Shown here: positions 29,758 to 39,780 of the stretch, in pieces
Position numbering within the stretch: position 1 is the first letter of the stretch
How the letters are laid out: each line of letters opens with the position of its first letter
NCBI GenBank assembly: GCA_019695215.1
Contig: JAIBAK010000009.1
Span: 13,389-77,388 of the forward strand
Reading direction: 5' to 3'
DNA length: 64,000 nucleotides
DNA from: Bacteroidia bacterium
GTDB taxonomy: Bacteria; Bacteroidota; Bacteroidia; UKL13-3
The notes under the pieces: generated by a model
Seen by the model: only the letters and a program-made list of their open reading frames with translations
Told to the model about the DNA's origin: nothing
Database searches by the model: none
Made by a program: the position numbers and the translations under genes

Positions 29758-31605
29758 TTAATAACTGAACTCGTCACTACCTGATTTTCCTTTATTTTTT
29801 GAGAATTTATCTTTCCTGCTTCCGCCAAAGGAGCTTTTTTCCCCTTTGCTGTGGAAAGATGATCGGCTGCTGCCACCTCTGTCGCTTCTTCCGTATCCTC
29901 CCCGTCCGCGGGATTCATTGCCACTTCCTCCGTTTCTTCTTCCTCCGCCAAAACCTCCCCTGTCTCCTCCTCTTTCAAATTTACGACCTCCGTCACGCGA
30001 GCGTGGTTCCTCGCCCGATACTTCAGCTCTTATTTTACGCCCGCGATACTGCTGGTTGCGCATATTATCTATAAATTGTTCGGCAAGAGATGAACTTACT
30101 TCAACAAAAGAATATGCATTTTTAAGACTTATGCGGCCAATATCGGTTTTATTGTAATTGGTGCAATCCAATACAAACCTGAACAGCGACCCTTTATCAA
30201 ATCCATCCATGGTTCCTACGCTCACAAATACACGGGTAAAATCACCCGAGTCGCGCGAAGAAAACTCCTTCTGGCTGGCATCGTAATTCAAATCGGGAGC
30301 ATTTTTGTAATAATTCAGAAAACGATTGAACTCTACCGAAGCAAATTTTTTGATTAATTCTTCTTTGGTTAAATCCTGAAGTTCTTCCATAATGCGGCCA
30401 ACATAAGGCTCTATGGCCGAATCATTCACTTCTACCTTATGTACATTATTAATGATATGGAACAATTGCTTTTCGCACACATCAACTCCGCTGGGAATAA
30501 TTTCTTTTTCAAACTTTGCTTTAGTTAGTCGCTCCATTTGCCTCAGTTTTCCTACCTCCTTCGGGTTAACAATAGTAATTGAAATTCCTTTTTTACCGGC
30601 ACGTGCAGTACGTCCGCTACGGTGTGTATAGCTTTCCAGCTCATCAGGAATGGAGTAATTAATTACGTGGGTAATATCATTCACATCAATACCTCTTGCG
30701 GCCACATCGGTTGCAACTAACAACTGCAACGAACGCTGACGAAAACGGTTCATTACCTTATCGCGCTGTTGCTGACTTAAGTCTCCGTGCAGCGCATCTG
30801 CGTTATATCCTTCACGAATTAATTTCTCGGCAATTTCCTGAGTTTCGATTTTTGTCTGGGCAAAAATAATCCCGAAAATATCGGGCTGATAATCGATAAC
30901 CCTTTTCAGCGCATCAAATTTGTGATTAGCCCGGGTGATGTAATACACATGCTTAATATTTTCGGCAGTAGTGTTCTTATGTCCAACGGTTAACTCAAAC
31001 GGATCAACCATAAAACGCTCGGCAATCTGACGAACCTCGCGTGGCATGGTAGCCGAGAACAACCAAACATTTTTCTCTCCGGTAACATGCGAAAGAATAA
31101 ATTCAATATCGTCACGAAAACCCATGTTCAGCATTTCATCGGCTTCGTCAAGCACTACATATCTGATTGCCGCAAGGTTTATCACTTTGCGCTCCATTAA
31201 ATCCATTAACCGGCCGGGAGTAGCCACAATAATTTGTGCACCGCGTTTTATTTCCGAAATCTGCCCGCTGATACTTGCACCACCATATACTGCTACCAAA
31301 TGCGCTCCTTTGGTGTGAGAAGAATATTTTTCCAAATCACTTTTAACCTGCATACACAACTCGCGTGTAGGGCAAAGAATAAGACCCTGCGTTGTTTTTA
31401 TGGAGAAATTCAAATGATTGATAAGCGGTAATCCAAATGCGGCTGTCTTTCCGGTTCCCGTTTGGGCAAGGCCCATAAAATCTCTTGTACCTGTGAGCAA
31501 TACGGGAATAGATTGCTCCTGGATTGGCGTTGGTTGTTGAAAGCCTAACTCTTCTACTGCCTTGGCAATCTCCGGCTTCAACCCCAGCGTTGAAAATAAT
31601 GTCAT
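29758..31605 (-). CDS. DEAD-box ATP-dependent RNA helicase with DbpA-like RNA-binding domain and RG/GG-rich C-terminal tail
   Basis: Q motif, AQTGTGKT, PTRELC, DEAD (VLDEADEMLNMGF), SAT, HRSGRTARAG. The tail is RGRGGYGRSDRGGSS .... Confidence 0.9.
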   Translation of the reverse strand: MTLFSTLGLKPEIAKAVEELGFQQPTPIQEQSIPVLLTGTRDFMGLAQTGTGKTAAFGLPLINHLNFSIKTTQGLILCPTRELCMQVKSDLEKYSSHTKGAHLVAVYGGASISGQISEIKRGAQIIVATPGRLMDLMERKVINLAAIRYVVLDEADEMLNMGFRDDIEFILSHVTGEKNVWLFSATMPREVRQIAERFMVDPFELTVGHKNTTAENIKHVYYITRANHKFDALKRVIDYQPDIFGIIFAQTKIETQEIAEKLIREGYNADALHGDLSQQQRDKVMNRFRQRSLQLLVATDVAARGIDVNDITHVINYSIPDELESYTHRSGRTARAGKKGISITIVNPKEVGKLRQMERLTKAKFEKEIIPSGVDVCEKQLFHIINNVHKVEVNDSAIEPYVGRIMEELQDLTKEELIKKFASVEFNRFLNYYKNAPDLNYDASQKEFSSRDSGDFTRVFVSVGTMDGFDKGSLFRFVLDCTNYNKTDIGRISLKNAYSFVEVSSSLAEQFIDNMRNQQYRGRKIRAEVSGEEPRSRDGGRKFERGGDRGGFGGGRRNGGSGNESRGRGGYGRSDRGGSSRSSFHSKGEKSSFGGSRKDKFSKNKGKSGSDEFSY

Positions 31606-32004
31606 AAATTGTGTTTCCTAAAATGAGGCGCAAAGGTATTGAAATATATCCGGCTTACAAAGAACTTATTGAAATTCAGACATTCGGATTATTCAGACAT
31701 TGCTCCATTAGCCAATTGCATTCCCACATGGCCACCTGCGCTGATTCTTTTTGTTTTATTTTACTTTTAACAAACTCAAAAAGGCTAACCAACAGATAGA
31801 TAATAACAAATAAGATAAACTGCACAACCAAAACAGGAACGAGAAAAGGAGGTAGAATTGTTTCCATATTGAAAGCTATTTGTAAACTTTATTTTATCAC
31901 TTCAAAGAAAATACAGACGGATTAAGCAATTGTTTACTTCAGGTTATAATTATAATTTATTTGTCATCATGTAAATTATATTCCTCATAATCTGCTTATC
32001 GATT

Positions 32005-32012
32005 TATATTTG
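32005..32012 (+). promoter_or_regulatory. candidate Bacteroidota -7 promoter element TAnnTTTG upstream of trhO
   Basis: TATATTTG ends 10 nt before the ATG at 32022. The ORF-track start at 32010 is the TTG inside this box. Confidence 0.3.
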
Positions 32013-32021
32013 CAGCTTAAT

Positions 32022-32963
32022 ATGAACGAAAAAACAAAGTACCTGATTTTACTCTATTACTGTTACAGCCCGATAGAACATGCCGAACAGTTTGCAATTG
32101 ACCATCTGGCATTTTGCAAAGAGTTAAAACTCAGGGGAAGAATAATTGTTGCCGGTGAAGGCCTGAACGGAACCATAAGCGGAACCCGTGAGGCTTGTGA
32201 AAAATATATGGCAACTATACTTGCCGACCCGCGCTTTGCAAAAACCGATTTTAAAATTGATGAGAGCGACAGTCATACATTTCAAAAAATGCATGTGAGG
32301 TACAAACCCGAAATTGTACACTCGGGCCTCAGAAATCCGGAGGAGGTTAATCCGAATAAAAAAACGGGCATTCACCTGAGCGGTGAAGAATTTCAAAAAC
32401 TAAAAGAAAACGATGATGTGGTGGTGCTTGATGTGCGTTCAAACTACGAACATCATGTTGGTCACTTTAAGGGAGCAATTACCCTTGATATGGAAAATTT
32501 CAGAGAGTTTCCGGAAAAAGTAAAAGAACTGGAGCACCTGAAAGATAAAAAAATTATTACTTACTGCACCGGAGGAATTAAATGCGAAAAAGCATCTGCA
32601 CTGCTTTTAAAAGAAGGATTTAAGGATGTTTTTCAGCTTCACGGTGGCATTATAAAGTATGCAAAAGAAACCGGAGGTAAAGATTTTGACGGTGTTTGTT
32701 ATGTGTTTGATAACCGTGTCACGGTTCCCGTAAATTCAGTTAATCCTTCCACCGTAAGCAAGTGTCATATTTGCGGTATTCCCACTTTCAGAATGATTAA
32801 TTGTGCCAACCCCGAATGTAACAATCACCTGCCGGTTTGTGAAGAATGCGGTTGGGAAATGGAGGGAGCATGTTCAGCCGAATGCAAAGAACATCCAAAG
32901 AAAAGGACTTATAACGGAACAGGTTACTATGTTAAAAACACCGACCCTGCTCATCTTGACTAA
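32022..32963 (+). CDS. trhO: tRNA uridine(34) hydroxylase (rhodanese-domain, UPF0176/YceA family)
   Basis: LILLYYCYSPIEH ... RGRIIVAGEGLNGTISG, a rhodanese module (YCTGGIKCEKAS) and a C-terminal Cys cluster. The start was moved to ATG 32022. Confidence 0.8.
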   Translation: MNEKTKYLILLYYCYSPIEHAEQFAIDHLAFCKELKLRGRIIVAGEGLNGTISGTREACEKYMATILADPRFAKTDFKIDESDSHTFQKMHVRYKPEIVHSGLRNPEEVNPNKKTGIHLSGEEFQKLKENDDVVVLDVRSNYEHHVGHFKGAITLDMENFREFPEKVKELEHLKDKKIITYCTGGIKCEKASALLLKEGFKDVFQLHGGIIKYAKETGGKDFDGVCYVFDNRVTVPVNSVNPSTVSKCHICGIPTFRMINCANPECNNHLPVCEECGWEMEGACSAECKEHPKKRTYNGTGYYVKNTDPAHLD

Positions 32964-32968
32964 GGTGA

Positions 32969-33547
32969 ATGAATACGATAAAGTCAAACCTGAATCCGGA
33001 ACTGTGGGTAGATTTATATGCCGATTCTCTTTTTCGCTATGCCTGTAAACGAATAAATCAGAGGGAAACCGCAAAAGAACTTGTTCAGGAAACTTTTTTG
33101 GCTGCACTTAAAGCACTGCCAAACTTTAAAGGAGCTATTTCAGAAAAAAACTGGCTCTATACAATTCTGAAAAATAAAATTATTGATTATTACCGAAAAA
33201 AAACTCCGGTTTACATTGAAGATTTTACAACAAACGAAAAAGAATACAGCTATAGTTTTGACGATTCGGGCCATTGGAAACAGGAAAAAAGTAAACCCGG
33301 ATGGATTGCAAACGAAAATGATGTTCTGCTGAATAAAGAGTTTATGCAGGTGCTTGCCAAATGCCGCCAAAAACTAAATGAAATACAAGACGCGGTTTTC
33401 TCCATGAAATATATTGACGAAACAAATTCGGAAGAGATATGTAAGGAACTAAACATAACAACGTCTAATTATTGGGTGATTATGCATAGGGCAAAACTCC
33501 TGCTGAGGGCGTGTATCCAAAAGAACTGGTTAAATGAAAAATTATAA
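32969..33547 (+). CDS. RNA polymerase ECF sigma factor (sigma-70 regions 2 and 4)
   Basis: ELVQETFLAALKAL and a C-terminal HTH (EEICKELNITTSNYWVIMHRAKLLL). Confidence 0.8.
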   Translation: MNTIKSNLNPELWVDLYADSLFRYACKRINQRETAKELVQETFLAALKALPNFKGAISEKNWLYTILKNKIIDYYRKKTPVYIEDFTTNEKEYSYSFDDSGHWKQEKSKPGWIANENDVLLNKEFMQVLAKCRQKLNEIQDAVFSMKYIDETNSEEICKELNITTSNYWVIMHRAKLLLRACIQKNWLNEKL

Positions 33548-33778
33548 ATGAGACTGAAAATTACCTGCAAAGAAGCCAGCCTGCTGATAATAAAAAGTGA
33601 GGAACATCACCTGGGCTACAGCGAAAAAATTAGGATGAATTTTCATTTGTTTATTTGCAAAATGTGCCGCTTATTCAAACGTCAAAATAAAATACTGGAT
33701 AAAGCTTTGGCAGTAAACAATACTCAGGAGCAATTAACCGTTTCGGAAAAAGAAAACCTTAAAGAATTAATAAAGTAA
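33548..33778 (+). CDS. putative zinc-finger (HxxxCxxC) anti-sigma factor
   Basis: The start abuts the sigma-factor stop. HLFICKMC matches the zf-HC2 H-x3-C-x2-C motif. Confidence 0.4.
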   Translation: MRLKITCKEASLLIIKSEEHHLGYSEKIRMNFHLFICKMCRLFKRQNKILDKALAVNNTQEQLTVSEKENLKELIK

Positions 33779-33850
33779 TGGTTGTTTTGTGCATACCCCG
33801 TTGCTTGCAAAGGCAATTACGAAACGACAAACTATCTCCTATATTTGTAT

Positions 33851-34729
33851 ATGGCAAAATCAAAAATTATTGGTAACAGCGAACTCATATTAAACAAAGA
33901 CGGATCTGTTTATCACCTGCATTTATTACCCGAAGATATTGCTGATACTATATTTTTGGTAGGTGACCCCGACAGAGTAAAAAAAGTATCGAAATTTTTC
34001 GACCGCATTGAGCTGAAAAAGCAAAAACGAGAATTCATCACACATACCGGATATGTAGGAAGAAAAAGATTCACGGTGCTTTCTACCGGCATTGGAACGG
34101 ATAATATAGATATTGTACTGAACGAACTGGATGCTTTAGCCAATATTGATTTAAAAGCACGTGTGCCGAATAAGAAAACAAAATCACTGCAGTTAATAAG
34201 GCTTGGTACCTCGGGAGCTTTGCAAAAAGACATTCCGGTAGATTCAATGGTGGTTTCAACACACGGGCTGGGTCTTGACGGACTTTTAAACTACTATATG
34301 CTTAATTATGGCAAAAAAGAAAAAGACTTACTCCAATCGTTTAATGAATATTTTCATGATGAACACCTTTTCCCCAAAACCTACCTTGCAAAAGCAGATA
34401 ACGAATTGCTTGTAAAACTGGGAAAGAATGAGATTTCAGGAATCACTGCTACCTGTTCGGGCTTTTACGGGCCACAGGGACGTACTGTAAGAACAACTCT
34501 GAAAAAGCCTGATTTGATTGATATACTTGCCGCCTTTCGTCACGGTAAAAGTCGTATTACCAATTTTGAGATGGAAACCTCGGCCATTTATGGTTTAGCT
34601 TCCGTTTTTGGCCACAGAGCCTGTTCGGTAAACGCCATTATTGCCAACCGGCCAAATAAAATTTTCAGCACTAAAGCCGATAAAAGTGTTGACGGGATGA
34701 TTAAAAAAGTTATCGATTTACTGGCATAG
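33851..34729 (+). CDS. nucleoside phosphorylase (PNP/UDP family)
   Basis: YHLHLLPEDIADTIFLVGDPDRVKKV ... VLSTGIGTDNIDIVLNEL ... RLGTSGAL ... FEMETSAIY. The start was chosen at ATG 33851 (MAKSK), internal to the ORF-track entry. Confidence 0.65.
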   Translation: MAKSKIIGNSELILNKDGSVYHLHLLPEDIADTIFLVGDPDRVKKVSKFFDRIELKKQKREFITHTGYVGRKRFTVLSTGIGTDNIDIVLNELDALANIDLKARVPNKKTKSLQLIRLGTSGALQKDIPVDSMVVSTHGLGLDGLLNYYMLNYGKKEKDLLQSFNEYFHDEHLFPKTYLAKADNELLVKLGKNEISGITATCSGFYGPQGRTVRTTLKKPDLIDILAAFRHGKSRITNFEMETSAIYGLASVFGHRACSVNAIIANRPNKIFSTKADKSVDGMIKKVIDLLA

Positions 34730-34736
34730 CCTCCGC

Positions 34737-35669
34737 TTACTGGCTGTTCAGTATTTGCAATAACTCGTCTAATTTAGGAGTTAAAATAATTTCGGTTCTT
34801 CGGTTTTTCTTACGTGCTTCGGCAGTTTTAGCAGGAGCCACGGGATAATATTCACCCCTTCCGGCTGCAACAAATCTTTTGGGATCAACTTTGCCGTCTG
34901 TGGTAAGAAGCTTCACTATATTAGTTGCTCGCAGTACGCTCAAATCCCAATTGTCTTTAATGGCCCCACCGCTAATCGGAACATCATCAGTATGGCCCTC
35001 TACCAGCACGTTTACATCTTTTTCCTTATTCAATGCTTCGGCCAATTTTAGCAACGCTTCTTTCCCTTTTTCATCCACTTCCGTTTTTCCCGATTTAAAA
35101 AGTAATTGTTCCTCAAGCGAAACATATACTTTCCCGTTTCTTATCTCTACGGTGAGTCCTTTATCTTTAAAGCCCAATAATGCGTTGCTGATATTTGCCT
35201 TTAATGCCCTCACAGCTGAATCCTTGGCATTGAGTACACTTTGTAATTCATTAATTTTTGCCTGAGAAAGTTTCAGGTTATCCTCCTTAGCATCCAAATC
35301 TTTTTGCTTGGCTGTAAGTTTTGCATCTAAATCTTTTAAGCTGGCCAGCATCTTTTTCTGCTCTACTTCGCTCATTTTACTAAAATCACGGAATTTTTCA
35401 TCCAGTTCCTGCATTGATTTAGTAGTTTTGGATAAGAGTGTGGCCAATTCGGTTGAATCAACCTTTAGATTTTTAACCTGTGATTCCAGCGCATTAGCTG
35501 TATTAGTTAATGAATCATTAGAAGACATGGCCTTCTCTAGCCTGTCTTTACATTCGGCATTACTTTTCTCGAGTTCTTTTTTGGTAAACTCAAGCGCATC
35601 ATATTTTTTTCGCGAAACGCAACCGGTAAATACTACCAGAGCAGCCAACGCAATCATCAGCTTCTTCAT
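34737..35669 (-). CDS. OmpA/MotB-domain lipoprotein with long coiled-coil region
   Basis: Lipobox FTGC, heptad-rich middle, C-terminal EGHTDDVPI ... NWDLSVLRATNIVKLL ... NRRTEIIL. Confidence 0.75.
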   Translation of the reverse strand: MKKLMIALAALVVFTGCVSRKKYDALEFTKKELEKSNAECKDRLEKAMSSNDSLTNTANALESQVKNLKVDSTELATLLSKTTKSMQELDEKFRDFSKMSEVEQKKMLASLKDLDAKLTAKQKDLDAKEDNLKLSQAKINELQSVLNAKDSAVRALKANISNALLGFKDKGLTVEIRNGKVYVSLEEQLLFKSGKTEVDEKGKEALLKLAEALNKEKDVNVLVEGHTDDVPISGGAIKDNWDLSVLRATNIVKLLTTDGKVDPKRFVAAGRGEYYPVAPAKTAEARKKNRRTEIILTPKLDELLQILNSQ

Positions 35670-35694
35670 AAAATCATTTAATTAATAAGGAGGC

Positions 35695-37245
35695 TCAGAG
35701 TTTAACCTCTTCACCATTTTTATCAAAGAAATGATACTCCGACAAATAATAGGATGAAACGGGCTTAATTTTTATCCACTTACCATACTTGAGAAACCAG
35801 TTAAAGCGCTTTGATTTGACGCCTTTGGTGAGGTAAGACTCTATGTATGGGTGTACTTGCAGGGTAATTGACTTAATGTTCAATTCTTCATACAGGTACT
35901 CCATATTCCTTTCAATCTCATCAACCAAAAGTATGCTGGCTGCACTTTGACCGGTACCGTTGCACATGGCACAAACCTCGGTTGTAACTACATTTGTTTC
36001 GGGCCGCACCCGCTGACGGGTGATTTGAACCAACCCAAATTGGCTCATAGGAAGAATTTTGTGTTTGGCCTTATCATTTTTCATAGCCTCCTTCAACCTT
36101 TCATAAACCTGCCTGCGGTTACCGGCATTTTTCAGGTCAATAAAGTCTATTACCACAATGCCACCCATATCGCGTAAACGCAGTTGCCGGGCAATTTCAT
36201 CCGCAGCCTCTATGTTTACATTGAGCGCGTTTTCTTCCTGATTTTTTTCAACCACCGTCTTGCCGCCACTGTTCACATCAATTACGTGCATAGCTTCGGT
36301 GTGTTCAATAATGAGGTAAGACCCTCCGCTTAGTACTACTTCTTTTCCAAATGCAGTTTTAATTTGCTTCTCTACACCATAGTGCTCAAATAGTGATGTT
36401 TTTCCGTGGTGCAGTTTAACAATTTTTTCGAGATGTGGGGCAATGGTTTTAATATACAGTTTTACCTGCTGAAAAACATAGGGATCATTTACGTGAATAC
36501 CTGAAAAATCGTCATTCAGCATATCCCTTAGCATGGAAATAAAACGGTCGCTTTCACCCAGAATTTTTTGAGGAGGCGATACCTTTTTTAATTGCTTGAA
36601 AATGCTCTCCCATTTCTCCACCAAATCGTAATAATCCCGCTCTACATCTTCAAGGTTTGCTCCTTCGGCCACCGTTCTCACAATTACCCCGAACTGATTT
36701 CCGCGAATACCCTGAAACAATTGTTTCAGTCGCAGCCGTTCTTCGTTACGTTTTATTTTTTTAGAAACAGTAATTGAATTACTAAAGGGTACCAGCACCA
36801 AAAACCGGCCGGCTAATGAAATCTGTGAACTTAACCTGGGGCCTTTCGACTGGATAGGTTCCTTTACAATTTGAACAAGCAATTGTTTTTCCTTACCAAG
36901 AACGGTAGTTATTTTGCCTGTTTTATCAATATCCTTCTCAGGCTCAAATTTGCTTAGATCGGAAGTTTTAATACTTCCGCCCTGAACCTGCCTTGAATAT
37001 TTTATGAGGGATTTTATCTGCGGACCCAAATCAAGGTAATGCAAAAAAGCATCCCTCTCATGCCCCACATTGATAAATGCGGCATTTAATCCGGGCATTA
37101 TTTTATTTACAACCCCAAGGTAAATATCGCCTACCGAAAAATTATTGGAATTTTTTTCCTGATGTAATTCAGTAAGCTTTTTGTTTACAGTAAGGGCTAT
37201 TACTACACCCGAAGAGTCGGAACTAACAAATAGTTCACTACTCAC
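35695..37245 (-). CDS. ribonuclease E/G family endoribonuclease
   Basis: S1-like N-terminus (GDIYLGVVNKIMPGLNAAFINVG) and catalytic core (GGIVVIDFIDL, LVQITRQR). Confidence 0.85.
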   Translation of the reverse strand: MSSELFVSSDSSGVVIALTVNKKLTELHQEKNSNNFSVGDIYLGVVNKIMPGLNAAFINVGHERDAFLHYLDLGPQIKSLIKYSRQVQGGSIKTSDLSKFEPEKDIDKTGKITTVLGKEKQLLVQIVKEPIQSKGPRLSSQISLAGRFLVLVPFSNSITVSKKIKRNEERLRLKQLFQGIRGNQFGVIVRTVAEGANLEDVERDYYDLVEKWESIFKQLKKVSPPQKILGESDRFISMLRDMLNDDFSGIHVNDPYVFQQVKLYIKTIAPHLEKIVKLHHGKTSLFEHYGVEKQIKTAFGKEVVLSGGSYLIIEHTEAMHVIDVNSGGKTVVEKNQEENALNVNIEAADEIARQLRLRDMGGIVVIDFIDLKNAGNRRQVYERLKEAMKNDKAKHKILPMSQFGLVQITRQRVRPETNVVTTEVCAMCNGTGQSAASILLVDEIERNMEYLYEELNIKSITLQVHPYIESYLTKGVKSKRFNWFLKYGKWIKIKPVSSYYLSEYHFFDKNGEEVKL

Positions 37246-37293
37246 TCTGATTCATATAAAAGTTAATAAGTAAGAGGTAACCTCATTGAGAGA

Positions 37294-37383
37294 TTACTTC
37301 TTCTTATGCCTGTTTTTCCTTAACCTCTTTTTGCGTTTGTGAGTGGCAATTTTGTGTCTTTTTCTTTTCTTTCCGCTTGGCAT
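37294..37383 (-). CDS. 29-aa hyper-basic micro-ORF (MPSGKKRKRHKIATHKRKKRLRKNRHKKK)
   Basis: ATG at 37383, stop at 37294, in the 140-nt gap between the RNase and TPR genes on the same strand. 22 of 29 residues are K/R/H. Not in the ORF track because it is under the size cutoff. Confidence 0.3.
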   Translation of the reverse strand: MPSGKKRKRHKIATHKRKKRLRKNRHKKK

Positions 37384-37387
37384 AGCT

Positions 37388-38212
37388 CTAATTATTTTGA
37401 ATTTCTTTAATTAAATCGTCAATTCTGTTTTTGGCCTTTTGTTCCTTGGTAAGTGCTTTACATTCCTCCAGCATCATTACCGCTTTTTCTTTTCTTCCCA
37501 ACTGATTGTAAATATCGGCCAGGTAGTAGTAGTACTCCGTATTATAAGGCTCCAGTCTGCGAAGCTTCTCAAAACGGTCAGCAGCTTTATCCATTTGTCC
37601 TGACTGGATGGCAAGCATGCCTAAAGTAAATGTAGCCTGAACATTATTTGAATCAATTGCTAACACCTCTCTGAGCATTTTTACCGCTGACATAATCTGA
37701 GTAGGGTTTTGAGCTAAACAAAGCGCTAACGAATTTTTTGCATCGAGGTTGCCTTCGTTGTAAGAAAGAACCTTTTCAAATGATTCAGTTGCCTTGCCTA
37801 TACAAAAAAACACCTCGGCAGAGTCTGTTGCATTTCTTGCGGCCTGTATGTACGCTTTTCCTGCACTAAGCCAGCTGGCTTCTGAAGGAGCTGCAATTGC
37901 AGCTTTGAAATAATAACTCCCTGAAACAGGCCATGCTTTCAGGGAGTCATATAAATTGGCCAATGCCATATAAGCAGAGGCACTACCTGAAGACGACTTT
38001 ACGTCCGCTTCAAGTAAATCAACATGTTTCTTTATACCCTCAGGCAACGAATTAATGACCTTTTGCTCCGTTGCCTTCTCATCAAAAGCAACAACAGTTG
38101 TCTGCCCGGTTTCTATCGTCTTTACTGCACTTTTATACCCTTTTACAAAAAGGATGGAGCAACAGGAAAGAATAATAATCCCTAAAAGCAGGGGGCCTTT
38201 TATTCCCTTCAT
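37388..38212 (-). CDS. tetratricopeptide-repeat protein with signal peptide
   Basis: TPR-like units throughout, for example YYYYLADIYNQLGRKEKAVMMLEE. Confidence 0.6.
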   Translation of the reverse strand: MKGIKGPLLLGIIILSCCSILFVKGYKSAVKTIETGQTTVVAFDEKATEQKVINSLPEGIKKHVDLLEADVKSSSGSASAYMALANLYDSLKAWPVSGSYYFKAAIAAPSEASWLSAGKAYIQAARNATDSAEVFFCIGKATESFEKVLSYNEGNLDAKNSLALCLAQNPTQIMSAVKMLREVLAIDSNNVQATFTLGMLAIQSGQMDKAADRFEKLRRLEPYNTEYYYYLADIYNQLGRKEKAVMMLEECKALTKEQKAKNRIDDLIKEIQNN

Positions 38213-38232
38213 CGGGTAATGCGAATAAACCC

Positions 38233-38556
38233 TTAAGCTTTAGTGGCTGATTTTTTTGCAGCCATTGTCTTAACTGTTTCGCTCTTTTTTACTTTGTCAA
38301 CAAAGGTTTTAGCCGGTTTGAAGGCAGGAATCCAATGCTCATCAATTACCATTGCCGTATTTTTTGAAATATTACGGGCAATTTTTTTAGCTCTTTTCTT
38401 TACGATGAAACTTCCGAAACCTCTGAAATACACGTTTTTGCCTTCAACCATTGAATTGCGTACAACTTTAAAAAAAGTTTCAACACACTCTTGAGCGGCA
38501 AGTTTTTCAACTCCTGTTTTAGCAGAGATTTCTGCAATTACTTCAGCTTTTGTCAT
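38233..38556 (-). CDS. HU-family DNA-binding protein with Lys-rich C-terminal extension
   Basis: MTKAEVIAEISAKTGVEKLAAQECVETFFKVV ... FRGFGSF. Confidence 0.85.
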   Translation of the reverse strand: MTKAEVIAEISAKTGVEKLAAQECVETFFKVVRNSMVEGKNVYFRGFGSFIVKKRAKKIARNISKNTAMVIDEHWIPAFKPAKTFVDKVKKSETVKTMAAKKSATKA

Positions 38557-38696
38557 TGTTCTGTAGCTTTTAATTTTTTATGATTCAACTATTTAATAAA
38601 AACTTTTGATATTAGTTTTTGGGACGGCAAATTTAGTTAAATTTCTATTTAAAAAAACTTTTTCTGCTTGAAACAAAATTATTTGGGAATAATTTT

Positions 38697-39761
38697 GTGC
38701 AATTCATGAGCTTCTCAACCCAACTTATTCGATGGTATCGCAAAAACAAGCGTGACTTGCCCTGGCGCGAAACAACTGACCCTTACCAAATTTGGCTATC
38801 GGAAATAATATTACAACAAACACGTGTTGAACAGGGACTTCCATACTTTTTAAAGTATATCAAGGCATACCCTACCTTAGCTGATTTTGCACAGGCTCCG
38901 GAAGACGAAATCCTTAAATACTGGCAGGGATTGGGCTATTACAGCCGGGCCAGAAACATGTTAAACACTGCCAGGCAACTAATTAAATTGTACCAGGGAA
39001 AGTTTCCCAAAAAATATGAAGAGCTTATACTCCTAAAAGGAATTGGGCCATATACAGCCGCAGCCATTGCCTCTTTTGCTTTTAACCAAGCCGTTCCGGT
39101 AGTTGACGGCAATGTGTTCAGGGTATTGAGTAGGTTTTTAGGAATTTATGAACCCATTAACAGTTCGGTAGCCAGAAAACTTTTTACCAAAGCCGCTTTT
39201 GAACTGCTGGATAAAAAAAATCCGTCCGAATTTAATCAGGCGATAATGGAATTTGGAGCCACCTTATGTAAGCCGGCCAAACCTGATTGTGACAACTGCC
39301 CCATTTCATCTTCTTGTTTTGCTTTTGCCAAAAATAAAATTGCTGAATTACCGGTTAAAACTCCGAAAACAAAACAGAGAATCAGATATTTCAATTATAT
39401 ACATTTCACAAAAAACGGAAGCACTTTCTTAAAAAAACGGGGCCCTAAAGATATTTGGCAGGGGCTTTATGAATTTCCACTGATTGAAACTCAGAAAGCT
39501 ATTAACCCCGAAGAACTTTTTGACCATCCCGACTTTATTGCTTGGACTCAAAAAACTAAAATCAAATTAATAAATTGGCAATCAGCCAAAAAACACATTC
39601 TAAGCCACCAAATTATTTATGCCCGGTTTTGGCAAATTGAGGTTATGAAAGGAAATTTGAAGCCGGACAAATCTACCATCATAGTTTCTGAAGAGAGATT
39701 GGCAGCGTACCCTGTTCCTCGGATTTTGGATATATATTTGAAAAAAATTAATTTAGTTTAA
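38697..39761 (+). CDS. mutY: A/G-specific adenine DNA glycosylase
   Basis: RDLPWR, ILQQTRVEQ, the HhH-GPD region (LPGIGPYTAAAIASFAF), a [4Fe-4S] Cys cluster (CKPAKPDCDNCPISSSC) and a C-terminal NUDIX-like domain. Confidence 0.85.
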   Translation: MQFMSFSTQLIRWYRKNKRDLPWRETTDPYQIWLSEIILQQTRVEQGLPYFLKYIKAYPTLADFAQAPEDEILKYWQGLGYYSRARNMLNTARQLIKLYQGKFPKKYEELILLKGIGPYTAAAIASFAFNQAVPVVDGNVFRVLSRFLGIYEPINSSVARKLFTKAAFELLDKKNPSEFNQAIMEFGATLCKPAKPDCDNCPISSSCFAFAKNKIAELPVKTPKTKQRIRYFNYIHFTKNGSTFLKKRGPKDIWQGLYEFPLIETQKAINPEELFDHPDFIAWTQKTKIKLINWQSAKKHILSHQIIYARFWQIEVMKGNLKPDKSTIIVSEERLAAYPVPRILDIYLKKINLV

Positions 39762-39780
39762 GAATTAGCATTGAATCTCT

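Noticed and set aside
29799-30157. Plus-strand ORFs of 91 and 103 aa with Pro/Leu-rich translations
   Set aside because: They lie inside the DEAD-box helicase gene, in the RG-rich tail and DbpA region. These are frame-shifted low-complexity artefacts of the GC-skewed repeat.
32010-32021. ORF-track start of trhO (MQLN...)
   Set aside because: Position 32010 is a TTG lying inside a TATATTTG -7-like promoter box. The ATG at 32022 (MNEKT) is the credible start.
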